The notes under the pieces are model-generated. The model had not been told where the DNA came from. It was given only the letters and a program-made list of their open reading frames with translations, and made no database searches. Positions 1 through 14,100 of a DNA stretch of 64,000 nt are shown in pieces; within the stretch, counting starts at the first letter, position 1; every line of letters starts with the position of its first letter. Source of the stretch: Mobula hypostoma (taxonomy: Eukaryota); contig NC_086107.1 of assembly GCF_963921235.1 (NCBI RefSeq), positions 46,810,001-46,874,000 on the forward strand, read 5' to 3'. Made by a program: the position numbers and the translations under genes.

Positions 1-203
1 TTCGGACGCCTTTAGATAGGCTGGCTTATGATGCACTGGGGAAACAGAGTGTTGCATCCTTCCCCCAGTGAGATATATCACTACCATTCACAAATGGATT
101 GGAGGTCCTGACACCACGAAATTCCTTTGAAAACTGTGTTGTTAATGACAGGTTGATAAGTTTCAAAGTCATGAGGACATGACTATTTTCGGTGGGGGGA
201 GAG

Positions 204-1270
204 TGTAATGCCCTGGTTAACATTTTTACTACTATGCTGTTTTCTTTTGTGTGTGCAATACATTGCCAGAGCCTCGGTGACCAGTTTTTTTCCAAGTGGT
301 TGTCTTGGAGGAAAGATTCTGTGAGTGGTCCCCCACGGCCTTCTCACAGCACAGTTTTTTTTACGAGGCCAAGTTACAAGCTCGACACTCAACACAGCAC
401 GGATGGAAAGCGTGCCCGACTGGATTCAAACTGAGGAACCTTCGCTCCGGAGTCCGGCGCTGATGTCACTGTGCGACCAGCTATGCTGTAGATATTCCAT
501 TTCAGCAGTTCTATAGAGCAGTCTGTTCTGCTTTCAGCCTGTTTGGGTTTGAGCTGAGATAAGGGAGTTTGTTGTTGACCTTAGCAATGTGGTGTCAGCC
601 AATCAGGATGGTGGAATTGGGAGGTTCTCGAGAACGATGTGTGGAGAGGTTTTTTTTGAAGGGCAATGGTGTTGGTTGAGGTCTTTTTGGCAAGAACTGA
701 GAGAAGACAGGAGGAAAGATGGCTGAGGATGCTGTCCCTGTTGCACAAGGTGCTTTGTGCAGATGAATGGGTTGAAGGAGGAAGGACCAATACTTCTGTT
801 GGAGATCCCGTTTGTTCGAGGTGAATTTCGAGCGACATTTGGAAGGCGGCGTGTGTTTTCACTCAGCCGAGGGTCCAGTGCTTGAAGTAGACAACTGCAA
901 GATGAGCTCCAACTTCTGTGCACAATTGACTGTTTAGTTATGATGGGCCATTTTTTGTTTTGTTTACTTTAATAACTGTTAGGTTAAGTTAACATTGTTA
1001 ATTATACTTCATTGTAATTGTATGCAGTGTATGGTCTATTATTTCTTGCCAACAGCGATTGCCTGGGGGATGGCGAGGGGGGCGATGTGGTGTCAGTAAA
1101 TCTCACAGCATTCACACAAACCAGAGTTTAGGTGGGCAAGACATCCCAACCTCATGGGTTTGGCGGGACCAAAGTCGTATACACCCTATACGTACGGAGC
1201 CTGAGAAAGGTGGTTTCTTTGCTGTGGAGTCCAGTGGCTGTTATTGAGGGGCTATCGAGCTGCATTTACA
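204..1270 (+). mobile_element. Probable solo LTR (Gypsy/ERV-like)
   Basis: Starts TGTAA at 204 and ends TTACA at 1270; flanked by GAGAG/GAGAC (5-bp TSD, one mismatch); no internal coding region. Strand is nominal. Confidence 0.55.
337..482 (-). mobile_element. tRNA-derived SINE inserted in the LTR
   Basis: Minus strand has an A-box-like start, B-box-like GTTTGAATCC, then CTTTCCATCCGTGCTGTGTTGAG and an A-rich tail; a related sequence lies at ~62425-62520. Confidence 0.6.
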
Positions 1271-1777
1271 GAGACTCCCAGTGAAAAGAGGTTTCTCTAG
1301 CAACATACTTATACATTTTTTCTGCATTCTTCCCAGCTTAATGGTGTCATTCCTATAACAATGTACCCAAAATAAACTTTACAATTAAGGAAGTACCTTT
1401 TAAAGAGTATGCACTGTTACTAACGTCTGAGACACAACGCATTATTTAACCTTTACTAACCTGAGATGTTAGTAATGTTGACTAAAGTTTATGTTCAAGT
1501 TAGTGCTGAGGGACTTATTTAATATTGATGAGGAATTTTGTATCTTCATATTACGTTGCTGAAGGTTTAGTGACTCATCTGAAATCTGTGATTTCAAACA
1601 ATACAGCATCCACTTCAATCCACAAATCAATCTGTGATCCTGGAGTTGAACAACTTACTGACTTGTGATTTTGCTAGAAAGAATGCCATAACTTGCACTG
1701 TAACTTGGATCTGTTTAATTTCTATTTGTAATATGTGATTGAAGATAAACTTACCTCATTTTTCTGTTTGCATTTAG

Positions 1778-2119
1778 AATCGTTGGATATGACCATTTTT
1801 AGAAGTCCAAATAATGTATTATTGAATACGGACATTACCTTGGAATGTAAAGTTACCGATTTTGGAACGCCACTTCTTGACCTATCAAACGTAGGTGTTA
1901 AGTGGTTGTATGGATCCCAAAGGAAAGAAATCTATATCTTTAATGCAGGAGATGCTATGGCTAAACGACACGGAGCCAAAATATTTGAAACTGAATTACG
2001 GAAAGGAGATGCTTCACTTTATCTTCCAAATATCCAATTAAATGAAGCAGGAGAATACATTTGTGTTGTACTTGTCACTCCTGACAGAGTGGAAAAGAGT
2101 TCACAAATTGTGGTCTTGG
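1778..2119 (+). CDS. NCR3LG1-like: IgV-set exon, B7-H6-like
   Basis: catttAG|AA acceptor and TTGG|GTAAGA donor; 342 nt. ITLEC..VKW..GDASLYLPNIQLNEAGEYICVVLVTP resembles human B7-H6 [26 protein letters not shown] (recalled). Confidence 0.9.
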
Positions 2120-5100
2120 GTAAGAGATTTCTAAAACATTACCTGTTGTGAACAGAGAACAGCACAGCATAGGAATAAGCCATTTGGCCCATGATGTTGT
2201 GCCAAACTAATTAAACTAGTAATTAGCTAGGAAGTTAAGTAATCCCTTCTGTCTACACAATGTCCTTACCCCTCAACTCTCTGCACATTCATGTGCCTAT
2301 CTCAGAGCTTTTTAAATGCATCTGTCACATCTGCCTCTGCTGCCCCCTCTGGCAGTGCATTGCAGGCACCCACTGCTCTCTGTCTCTTTTTAAAAGAAAG
2401 AAAACCTGCTGCTCACATCATCTTTAAACTTGCTCCCTCTCAGCTTTAGGCACTTTGACCCTGGGATAAAGACAATAGCTGTCTTTTCTATCTTTGCCTC
2501 TCATAATCTTATAAATTTCCATCAGGTTTTCCCTCACCTTGACACTCCAGGGAAAGCAACCCTAGTTCATTTGAATGGTTTTAATCTGAAACATCGACTG
2601 TCCATTTCCCTTCATAGATGCTGCCTGACCAAGCACGTTGTGTGTTGCTCCAAGTTTGTCCATCCTCTCCTTGTAGCCCATGCTCTTTTTCTGAGGCAAC
2701 ATCCCACTTATGTACCCTCTTCAAACCCTCCACTCTATTCCTATTATGGGGACAACCAGAACTGGAAGCAGTGCTCTAGATGTGGCATAAGCAGAGTTTT
2801 ATAAAGCTGCAAAAGTAACTTATCAACTCTTGACCTCAATGCCTCAACTAATAAAGACAAGTGAGCCATGTACTTCCTTACCACCCTATCAACCTGTGCT
2901 GTTTTAAGAGACTGTGGCCTTGGGTCACAAAATCCCTCTGTAGATCAATGTTGTTAAAGATTTTGCCATTAAAAGTGTACTATCCCTTCATATTTGAGTT
3001 TCCAAATTGTAAAACTTATTACTTAGCTGTATTAAACTCTACCTGCCATTTCTGTGCCCATGTCTATAACTGATCTATATCCTGCCATATCCTTTGGCAA
3101 TTGTCTACACTATCCATAATGCATATAATCTCTGCAGAATTACCTATGCACCTCTCCACTGTCTGTTAATTTATTATTTGGAGACTCTGGATCAGAAGGA
3201 ATAACTAATTTAAAAACTCTCTCATGGAACTGCATTGAATGTTGAACAAGCCAATTATCTTTCAGGAGTAATAGTAAAGGGAAATCCTGTGTTTTGGAGC
3301 AATAATTGAAGGAAGGAAAGTGGTACATTTTGTTTATGTAAACATAGCAATATCTTAGACTTGGCTTTAGATATTTATGATAATACACTTCATCCTATCT
3401 GACTTAAGGTTGGATTTGCCTTTTAATACAGCTAAGCCAAAGGTGCTTCTATCCACGCAACACATTACCATTCTGAATGGTACAGAGAAATCTGTCTGGT
3501 GTGATGCTACGGAATTTTATCCTCAGAAGCATGAAATCTTCTGGGAAAAGAGATCCAGAGGGAAAACTGAGAGATTGGAAAGACATGTCTGCACTGGAGC
3601 TGCAGTTTCTAATAATGATGGAACGTTTAATGTTTCCAGTAATATTAGAATTGAACCAACTCTGAATGATGATGGTAATGTATACAAGTGTACAGTGAGA
3701 CATCAGTCCCTTCCAGACGAACTTTCACAAAAGGTGAAACTCACGGTTGAAGGTATGTTCCATACTTTGAATAAATTGGGGATACTATGTAGCAATATTT
3801 GTAACAATGTTTTTTAAAAATGTTCCACTGATTTAAATCAAAGTTTCATTGTTTGTTATTTCACCACATAAAGATATTGGCTGAGAAGTTGAGTCATGCC
3901 TGCAAATAAACAGTAGGCTGGCACATTTTGAATTTCTACAGAGACTCTTGGTGACTGCCTGTTAGTAACTTGCTCATTGAATCATTTAACTGTTTGTGCC
4001 AATGCAACTGCTGATTCTTTCCATGCCATGAGTAATTAGTTTTGACCTTTATCGTACAATTTCATTTTCTGCACACCACTGTCTATCTTTCCTGTGCTTG
4101 ATTTGGTTGAGTAAGAGGGGCCCTGCCCTTCTGCCTCTGTCTTCACCAGTGGGTTAGATATTCTTCTAATATGTCCCAAAAATAATTGAGACAGGTTTGC
4201 AGGCATCGTTCTAGCCTTCTGTCACCACCCTTACCCAGGGCTAGTTTTTAATCTTTCTATTTTAATATTCAACAGCACAACTTGCAACTGATGTCATTTG
4301 CAAATAAGTTTAGTCAAAAGTTGGGATACTGGTAATTCTGAGCCCACCACTTATTCCAGATTATATGAAAAATAACAAAACTACAGAATGGAATTCCCAG
4401 AACATGACTTAAAGTGAAAATAAGTTGCACAATTATGGTTTCAATTTCTTGAAAATCTTTACGGGGTTTATGAATGGTGATTTATAATTTGCAAAAACTT
4501 GTAAGTGTCTCAAGATGATGAAGTTTATTAGTGTGTCTAAATGCTCATATTTTTGTTTTGGTTTTCTAAGTTTCAGAGCCTGAATCAGCTTCAACAGCAG
4601 CAGTGGGAGCTGCATTTGTAGGAGGATTTGTGTTATGTTTCCCGTTTGCTGCAGGACTACTTGCTTGTTGGTGGAGATTTCGAGCAGGTAATATGAAGAC
4701 AGTGAAATCATTTTGGTGTGTTGCAGTTTGTGCATTGAGTCATAGAAGATGCAGCTAAGAAACTGGCCATTTGGCTCAGTGTCCATGCCAGCTATCAAAC
4801 ACTGGTTTACAAAATCCCATTTTATTTTCCCCAATTTCTCACTAGCTCCCCCCAGGTTCTACCATTCACCTACACTTGGAGAAATTCACAGATTTCATTC
4901 ACCTATTGGCCTGCATATTTTTTTGTTGATGCGGAAGGAAACCAAAGCACCTGGAGGAAATTCCTGCATCATGGCCAGTGTGGAAACTCCACACAGGTAG
5001 TGCCAGAGGTTAGCATTGAACCTGGGTTGCTGGCTGTGAATTTGTATGGCTGTTCTGATTCTTTGAGTGTTTCTTGTATCTCGTCCCCAAATTGGGAAGT

Positions 5101-8100
5101 GATGATCTTTTTGCTTTGATTACAGCTAATCTGCAGTAATTGTACTCCTCCATTGGTGTTCAACAGAAAGTCTTGCTTGGTGTTTCTCCATTGAATGGAA
5201 TTTGATACTCTCGGTGCAACCTCCATTTAATTTTGATTTTTTTTTAATAATTATATTTCCCTTTAAACACATTTGAATTTGGAATTGATGCACAGTTCAT
5301 TTTTATGATGCAATAAATTACATCATTCAATTTTCAAAAATTCCTTTTGGATAATGTAGATTGATTTCCCCAATAAGCTTCTACCCTAGGAAAGTAGTTG
5401 AATTTCCTCCAGGTTCACCTGTCATCGGGCACTGTTTTAATAGCACAATGTGGAGCACCACTAAATGTGGCCCATTTCATGGGTTCTTATCCTTTTTTTT
5501 TTGTCACTGCATTTGCTGAATTTGCTCTTGACATGAAATGAGCATGAAGGAACACACAGAAAATGCTGGAGGAACTCAGCAGGCTAGCAGCATCTATAGA
5601 GAAGAGTAAATAGACAAAGTCTCAGCCTGAAACCCTTCTTCAGGATTGATGAAGAGTCTCAGCCCACAACATTGCTTGTTTACCTTTTTCCATGGATGCT
5701 GCCTGGCCTGCTGAGTTTTCCACGATTTTGTGTGTGTTGCTTGGATTATCAGCATCTGCAGATTTTCTCTTGTTTGTGAAATGCTTTATCTGCAGAGGAA
5801 TTTGGTGGGTAGAGAAAAAAATATGTTCACATATTTAAGAAATAAACTGTGCTAAGTGATGAATTTTCTAGGTTTTTCCTACCTAGATTTCTTTAAGAAC
5901 CTGCTTTAAAGTTCACCAACGGAAGCAATTAACAGAAATCTGAAATCAGTAGTTAAATTTATCAATCCACATTGATCTGATTGCATATTTGACTGTACAT
6001 GCATGTATACAAAACAATCATGTATACAATTTTAATGTTAGGGCAATTTCCTCCCATATTGTCCCTCTTCATTGCTTGTACATTGTGATGGAGATACAAC
6101 ATTAAGATTTTTACTCCCTTGGACGTAAGAAATTAAATAAATAAATAAATAAATAGCATTCCAGTGTTTTGGAATAAGCAAATTATTTAATTTTTTAAAA
6201 TACCCTTAATTCCACTGGAATCAATTTTTGTTCGTTTCACTATTTTAAGCCGTAATGTGCTGAATAATAATGGTACAAACTAATGGAAATTCTGACCTTG
6301 TCTGTTTACACTAGTTGTGTCTTATTTCTGTAATTCCAGAAAGGCAATAAAATCTGAGGATGCAAGAAAGTACATTTACATTGTTAAGCATTAATTACTT
6401 ATTTTGTTTTGACTAGTTCCTCCAAAAATTACTGGATGCAGTGAATATCAAGTTTTGAAACATCTTGAAGAAAGCGTAGTCACTTGGATGGTTAGCTCAT
6501 TTCGACCTTATGAGATTACAATTGTGATCTACGCAAAGAGGAAGCAGAATGATAAATGTCAGCTTCTGAATTGGAGCAACAAAGATGGGAAAATAAACTG
6601 CTGTCAGTATATATCAACAAATGGACCAGATTGTAATGAAACGAAAATCCTCATTCAGTCAGATGACAAAGATGCATCCTTTAGACCACAGATTTCTGAA
6701 TTTAAAATTAACACACGAAAGATTTGCAGTGTAGAAGTCAGTGTCGGAATATATCCAGATATTTCTCAAGATGATGGGGCGGAGTTAAGTATCCAAGTTC
6801 AACATCAAGCACTTAAAGAGCCTATAACTAAGACACTGACACTAGATGTTAAAGGAGGTAAATTGCAAACATTTTCTTTAATTATTAATTGCTGTCTTTT
6901 GTGGCTCCATTTTGAATGTCTTTCATTAACATATATGGTATTTGACATTGACGTGGATACACAAAATTCTGGAGGAACTCAGCAGGTCAGGCAGCAACTA
7001 TGGTGAAGAGTACTGACGGGTCACGGCCCAAAACATCAGCTGTTTTGCCCTCCATAGATATTGCCTGACCTGCTGAGCTTCTCCAGCATTTTGCATGTTT
7101 TGCTCTAGATTTCCAGCACCAGTAGAATCTCTTATGTCAATGATATGGATAGTTATGTTGAATACAGTTCTTCATCAGGTGGACTCAGTCATTAAGCATT
7201 TAAAACAATTCAGTATTTTTTTCTTTCTTTGCATTTCAGTTTGTGAGATTAATTTTTCATTTTCTCTTTTCTAAGTGCCACCTAAGGTTTTAAACATTTT
7301 GACGCCACCTCTCATCAAAGACAAGGAACCTGTGGCTTTGTCTTGTTCAGTCAGTGGATTTAAACCAAGACCATTAAGTATTATATGGCAACAAAAGAGA
7401 AAGAATAAAGATTTGGAAGAACTTGGCCGGTTGCAGCTGGACAACACGACAATCATACGCGATGACAAAAGGATGAATTTGAAGGCAAAGCATCACATCA
7501 GTGAAGTGGAGCATGAAGACAAAACTTACAGCATTGTTAGTGTATTAGTTATTGTGCCAAATATACAGCAAGACCAGAACTCGCAGTACTTATGTAGCAT
7601 ACTGCACCACTCCACTAACGACAAGCAAGAGAAAGAAATAACCCTAAGAATTACAGGTATACTATTATCTAAGCCTTGCAACAAGAAAGGATCCAGAATG
7701 CTTATTTCATTTGGAGGCTCCTCTAATGAATGCATTGTCTCGATGCCATATTTCTCTTACTGTTACAAGGTAGTAATAATGTCACAAGGGAAAAAATTTG
7801 AGATAATTTAAGAATATAACAAGCTAAATCAATAGGGTCGGATTGTACTGAAATTAATAAAGTAATTATATCTTTTGTCTTTTTCCAAAGTTTTCAAAGC
7901 TATAAGTAATTACTTACAGAAAGTGCCCAACTTTTGAAAATCTGCTCATGTTTCCAGCTCCACTGGGTAGCTGGTGAAGTGAGTAAGTAACACGTTTTTA
8001 GAAGAAGATTACTTTTTTGTTTCTGAACTTGTTTTTTCTACAATCAATTTGAAATTCTTTTTCGATCTTTTTATTAATTTCATAGAATGAAAACATAACA

Positions 8101-11100
8101 TAGCAATAATACAAATAGTAGGAGATACATTGTTACAGTTAAAATAAATAATTGTAAGACCAAATAGTGTAAATTGACAAAACTCCCAATTGTGTAGAAT
8201 AGGAATGAATAATACAAAGCAAAAAAAAAACTGGAAAAAAAACATGAAAAAGAAAAAAAACTAAATTAAAACCCTATCCCAAAAAAAAAACTAAACAGAA
8301 TTAGTCAACTAAACTAAAGACTTGGGCAGTACTAACAACTTAAAAATGGTAAAGAAGAAAGCCTTAGTGTCGACAACTCCGCACCTCTGAACCAGCAGTA
8401 CAGAGAGATAAAACAAGTTTGGAAATGGTCAACTTACATCAAATGAAAATGCTGAATAAATGGCCTCTAAGTTTTTTCAAATTTATTGGAAGGGTCATAA
8501 ACCGCACTTCTAATTTTTTACAAGTTCAAACACACCATAGCTTGTGAAAACCAATGGAATACAGTAGGAGGGTTCATCTCTTTCCAATACAGCAAAATAG
8601 ATTTCTAGCCATTAGAGTAAGAAATGCAATCATCCTACATGCTGAAGAGGTTAAATAACTTGAATCTATCATTGGTAATCCAAAGATAGCAGTAATTGGG
8701 TGAGGTAATAAGTCATAAATTCATAAAGGATGGATGTCTAATGATAACTGTTGGTACTAGGACATACCTTGTAATTTTTTGGCATCCATTTACTAAGACA
8801 GCAAACGAAGTGTCACAAATCCTACAGGCTAATTGTATTACTGCAAAGGAAGGTGAACATGGTGGATTTGATTGAACAGAGAATTCCTTAGAAAAGGAAA
8901 GTAAATTAAAATGGGTGAATTCATTGATTTGTAGGTAAAGAAATAAAAGTTAATACATAGATATAGTTAAGAGGAAAAAGTATAAAACTTTAAATTGCTA
9001 TTGATTGTAAAAACTAAAACTATTTGAACAAAACTAGCCACCTTATGACTATACTTATCAAGGATGTTTGACAGTATTTCACACAATTAAAAGGATAAAG
9101 GATAGTTTAAAGAGCTCTCCTGAATAATTCTATTTTTTAATTAAAATGTTAGCATTCCAACAAAAGACAGATTCAAATAACCAGTGCTTCCAACTACCAA
9201 GTGAAATATATAAACAATGTAAAATGACTGTCCTGATGATGAAAGCTAATTGCTTAACAAGAGACTAATGAGCAATCAACAACAGCTGAGAACCCACAAG
9301 AAAGCAGTGAGATCCAGTAATTAGAAATAAAATAATAATCCAAATCAGGAAAGACATGACAATAGTTTTTTTCATTGCTTTTAATAGTTTTCAGTCTTTA
9401 ACTACTTACTAAGAAATGCTTGTCAGTTTTGGTTTAAATTGTAATGTTAAGTTGCATATTTGGTTTAACCTATTTTTCTTCCTTTTTTATGTCTAGTTTC
9501 ATTGCCAAAGATCTCAGAAATTAAGGCAGATCCACCTTGCCCTGAAATAGGAAAGCCTTTAAAACTTTCCTGCACGGCTTATGGATTTTATCCAGAAGGA
9601 AATCAGATATTCTGGTTCAAAGATGATAGTAAAATTGAAGATGCATCACAAGCAGGAATAGTCACTGAAGAAAGTACAGTGGATTCCAGTGGTTTGTACT
9701 CACGATCATCCCATTGGACATTTAACCCAACGGCTCGTGATCATGGGAAAGAGTTCAAGATGCAATTCCTTCATTCTGAAACTTCAAGCAAGTCTGTCAC
9801 ATCCAGTTACTGTCTGCAATTAAGAGGTGAATACCCACTCTAACAAAGTCTCATGGCTGCTTTTCTATTCAATAAGATCATGCCAGGCTTTGTTTTTTTT
9901 TAATTGCAGTGTTATATCCCTGTACTGGCCCCACAGACTTTATTTTCCAATATCTTTCAATTTCTACCTTGAAGATGGCTTCATAGCTTCCTCACAGCTA
10001 TGAGTGATGATTTTTTTTCTCATATCCAAACTGTTAAGACACTGATACCTTCTTCTCGGTATATCAGCCAATTGAAACATCAACTACACATTAATTCCTG
10101 TCCAGACAGATAAGAGTTTTATACATTTCAATGAGATTGGCACTCTGTATTCTGATAAGACCACCAGTACATCATTTGCTGCTATCCCACAGAGCATAGC
10201 ATCTTGGCCACAGTTACATATACTGAGTGCCTAGAACTGGCATCTCAGTGAGAATAGCACTGTGATTGCCTCAGTGCACAGATCGGGTGCAGAGGAAGCC
10301 GTGGAGACAGTGTGCAGACTGTGCCTCTGATGGCTGGCACTGGAAAGTGCTGGATCAAGTAAGGTAACTAACCAGTGCAATGGTGCAGGGCTTGGGTGCA
10401 GCCCATTGCTGGGGAGTAACAGAGGCTGGTAATGTTACAGATTTTCAGAAATAAAAGGACGAGAGCACAATGTTCCCTCTAATTTGTATTGACCATTGTG
10501 TGCAAAAATCTTGCACTGCAATTTTGTTGCCCAGTGACAACAGCATTGAATTTTTAATTGGAAGTAAACCTGAAGCTATTCTAAGGATAATAAGCTACCA
10601 AGTCTTCTTTGTTATTTATTGTTTAAAAGAAATAAAATAATACACATCATTGAGTCAGAAACCAGAAAAGGGAATGTGATTATGTACGATGGTGAAATAT
10701 ACTTAACTTACCAACGTTGTAGTGGGTGACAATAATTTGTGCACAATTAAAATTCCTTTTTGCATTTGTAGCAAATGGTTATTGCTGGAATGTATGATTA
10801 ATAACAAAGCAGTGAAGCTCTAATACGCCCGATGTCACTGAGAAAATTTCTCAATCATTGTGGAAAGGATTTCACTCAGCTGATGCTTTCTGCTGCAGAA
10901 CAGCAGTTTAACGGGGCGGGGGAGGGATGGGTGTGGGAGGGGGTATCGCTGATGTTCAGATTTGATGACAAATCCTCGGTGTGAACTGTGTAATTTTTAA
11001 CTGGCACAGTTGGTGAAATGATTGAAACAATACTTTTACAGGAGGAGTTTAAATATCATAAAGAGTTGTAAGTATTGTGTAAAATGTTGGGGCCAGTTAG

Positions 11101-14100
11101 CATGCAAATAAGTAATTATGGTACTGGACATGTTTTACTTGAAATCCATTATTGGGTCAAAGTAGAATTTTATATTGCAGATGAGACAAGCATTAGTATT
11201 TGGAATAGTGAACTTGAGCTGTTTTATACAAGCTGCCATTCCATTTCAACGCTCTGTCAGTCTGCTGCCTTCATTCCTTGGGTGCCCATATCCAATAAAT
11301 TTCAATGCAGTTCTTTACATGATGACAAAATACACACAAAGAGCAAAATACAGATCTAATTAAGGTTTACAAAATTGGATTTTTTCTGTTATTTGTATGC
11401 CTCCTGATCATATGAATAAAGGTCAATGAGATGCTCATTTCCAGGTACATCGGCAGGTTATGGCGAATGATAAGTAGTTGTAGAAGGATCATGTGCTTTT
11501 CCTTTCTGCTCAGTCAGTGGCCCACTCTTCAAGTATTCTAACATGGACTGGATTTCCATGGATGATTCTGGTACCGGCTTCCACAGCTGAACATGCATGT
11601 ATACCCTTCTGGAATCAGTTTTAAAACAAAATCACTTTCCTTTTCCTCCATGAAGTGATGAATTCTGACTCTGGTGTCAAGAATCGTTCCCAGCATGCTT
11701 GCCAAACGTTTGTCTTTCAAACATATGTGACTTCTGCATTAACAAACAAACTCCTTTATCACTGTATGTTTCAGCTCTAGTGAATGGGAGGTAGGGAAGG
11801 AGTGTGGTTCAGACTTTAACTACTGACTTAGAAATGCGTGTCAGTTTTGGTTTAAATTGTAATGTTCTTTAAGTTGCATATTTGGTTTAACCTATTTTTC
11901 TTCCTTTTTTATGTCTAGTTTCATTGCCAAAGATCTCAGAAATTAAGGCGGATCCACCTTGCCCTGAAATAGGAAAGCCTGTAACACTTTCCTGCACGGC
12001 TTATGGATTTTTTCCAGAAGGAAATCATATATTCTGGTTCAAAGATAATAATAAAATTCAAGATGCCTCACAAGCAGGAATAGTCACTGAAGAAAGTACA
12101 GTGGATTCCAGTGGTTTTTACTCACGATCAGCCCATTGGACATTTAAACCAACGGCTCGTGATCATGGGAAAGAGTTCAAGATGCAATTCCTTCATTCTG
12201 AAACTTCAACCAAGCCTGTCACATCCAGTTACTGTCTTCAATTAAGAGGTGAATACCATTCTAACCAAGTCTGCAATCACATTGTACCATAAGAAGCAGG
12301 CTAAGCCATTTGGCTTCTCATGGCTGCTTTTCTATTCAATACGATCATGCCAGGCTTTGTTTTTTTTTTATTGCAGTGTTATATCCCTGTACTGGCCCCA
12401 CAGACTTTATTTTCCAATAGCTTTCAAATTCTGCCTTGAAGATGGCTTCATAGTTTCCTCACAGCTCTGAATGATGATTTTTTTTCTCATATCCAAACTG
12501 TTAAGACACTGATACCTTCTTCTCGGTATATCAGCCAATTGAAACATCAACTACACATTAATTCCTGTCCAGACAGATAAGAGTTTTATACATTTCAATG
12601 AGATTGGCACTCTGTATTCTGATAAGACCACCAGTACATCATTTGCTGCTATCCCACAGAGCATAGCATCTTGGCCACAGTTACATATACTGAGTGCCTA
12701 GAACTGGCATCTCAGTGAGAATAGCACTGTGATTGCCTCAGTGCACAGATCGGGTGCAGAGGAAGCCGTGGAGACAGTGTGCAGACTGTGCCTCTGATGG
12801 CTGGCACTGGAAAGTGCTGGATCAAGTAAGGTAACTAACCAGTGCAATGGTGCAGGGCTTGGGTGCAGCCCATTGCTGGGGAGTAACAGAGGCTGGTAAT
12901 GTTACAGATTTTCAGAAATAAAAGGACGAGAGCACAATGTTCCCTCTAATTTGTATTGACCATTGTGCGCAAAAATCTTGCACTGCAATTTTGTTGCCCA
13001 GTGACAACAGCATTGAATTTTTAATTGGAAGTAAACCTGAAGCTATTCTAAGGATAATAAGCTACCAAGTCTTCTTTGTTATTTATTGTTTAAAAGAAAT
13101 AAAATAATACACATCATTGAGTCAGAAACCAGAAAAGGGAATGTGATTATGTACGATGGTGAAATATACTTAACTTACCAACGTTGTAGTGGGTGACAAT
13201 AATTTGTGCACAATTAAAATTCCTTTTTGCATTTGTAGCAAATGGTTATTGCTGGAATGTATGATTAATAACAAAGCAGTGAAGCTCTAATACGCCCGAT
13301 GTCACTGAGAAAATTTCTCAATCATTGTGGAAAGGATTTCACTCAGCTGATGCTTTCTGCTGCAGAACAGCAGTTTAACGGGGCGGGGGAGGGATGGGTG
13401 TGGGAGGGGGTATCGCTGATGTTCAGATTTGATGACAAATCCTCGGTGTGAACTGTGTAATTTTTAACTGGCACAGTTGGTGAAATGATTGAAACAATAC
13501 TTTTACAGGAGGAGTTTAAATATCATAAAGAGTTGTAAGTATTGTGTAAAATGTTGGGGCCAGTTAGCATGCAAATAAGTAATTATGGTACTGGACATGT
13601 TTTACTTGAAATCCATTATTGGGTCAAAGTAGAATTTTATATTGCAGATGAGACAAGCATTAGTATTTGGAATAGTGAACTTGAGCTGTTTTATACAAGC
13701 TGCCATTCCATTTCAACGCTCTGTCAGTCTGCTGCCTTCATTCCTTGGGTGCCCATATCCAATAAATTTCAATGCAGTTCTTTACATGATGACAAAATAC
13801 ACACAAAGAGCAAAATACAGATCTAATTAAGGTTTACAAAATTGGATTTTTTCTGTTATTTGTATGCCTCCTGATCATATGAATAAAGGTCAATGAGATG
13901 CTCATTTCCAGGTACATCGGCAGGTTATGGCGAATGATAAGTAGTTGTAGAAGGATCATGTGCTTTTCCTTTCTGCTCAGTCAGTGGCCCACTCTTCAAG
14001 TATTCTAACATGGACTGGATTTCCATGGATGATTCTGGTACCGGCTTCCACAGCTGAACATGCATGTATACCCTTCTGGAATCAGTTTTAAAACAAAATC

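Noticed and set aside
1525-1570. Possible leader exon MRNFVSSYYVAEG with phase-1 GT
   Set aside because: No hydrophobic core and a weak donor (GTTTAG).
1778-4687. Tapasin/TAPBPL
   Set aside because: Also V-C1-TM, but the EAGEY.C.V.VTP and DGTFNV motifs match B7-H6 as recalled and no tapasin N-terminal exons were seen; not excluded without BLAST.
4433-5226. ORFs 4433..4834, 4749..5000, 4969..5226
   Set aside because: Antisense to the TM exon or overlapping a SINE; no protein-like motifs.
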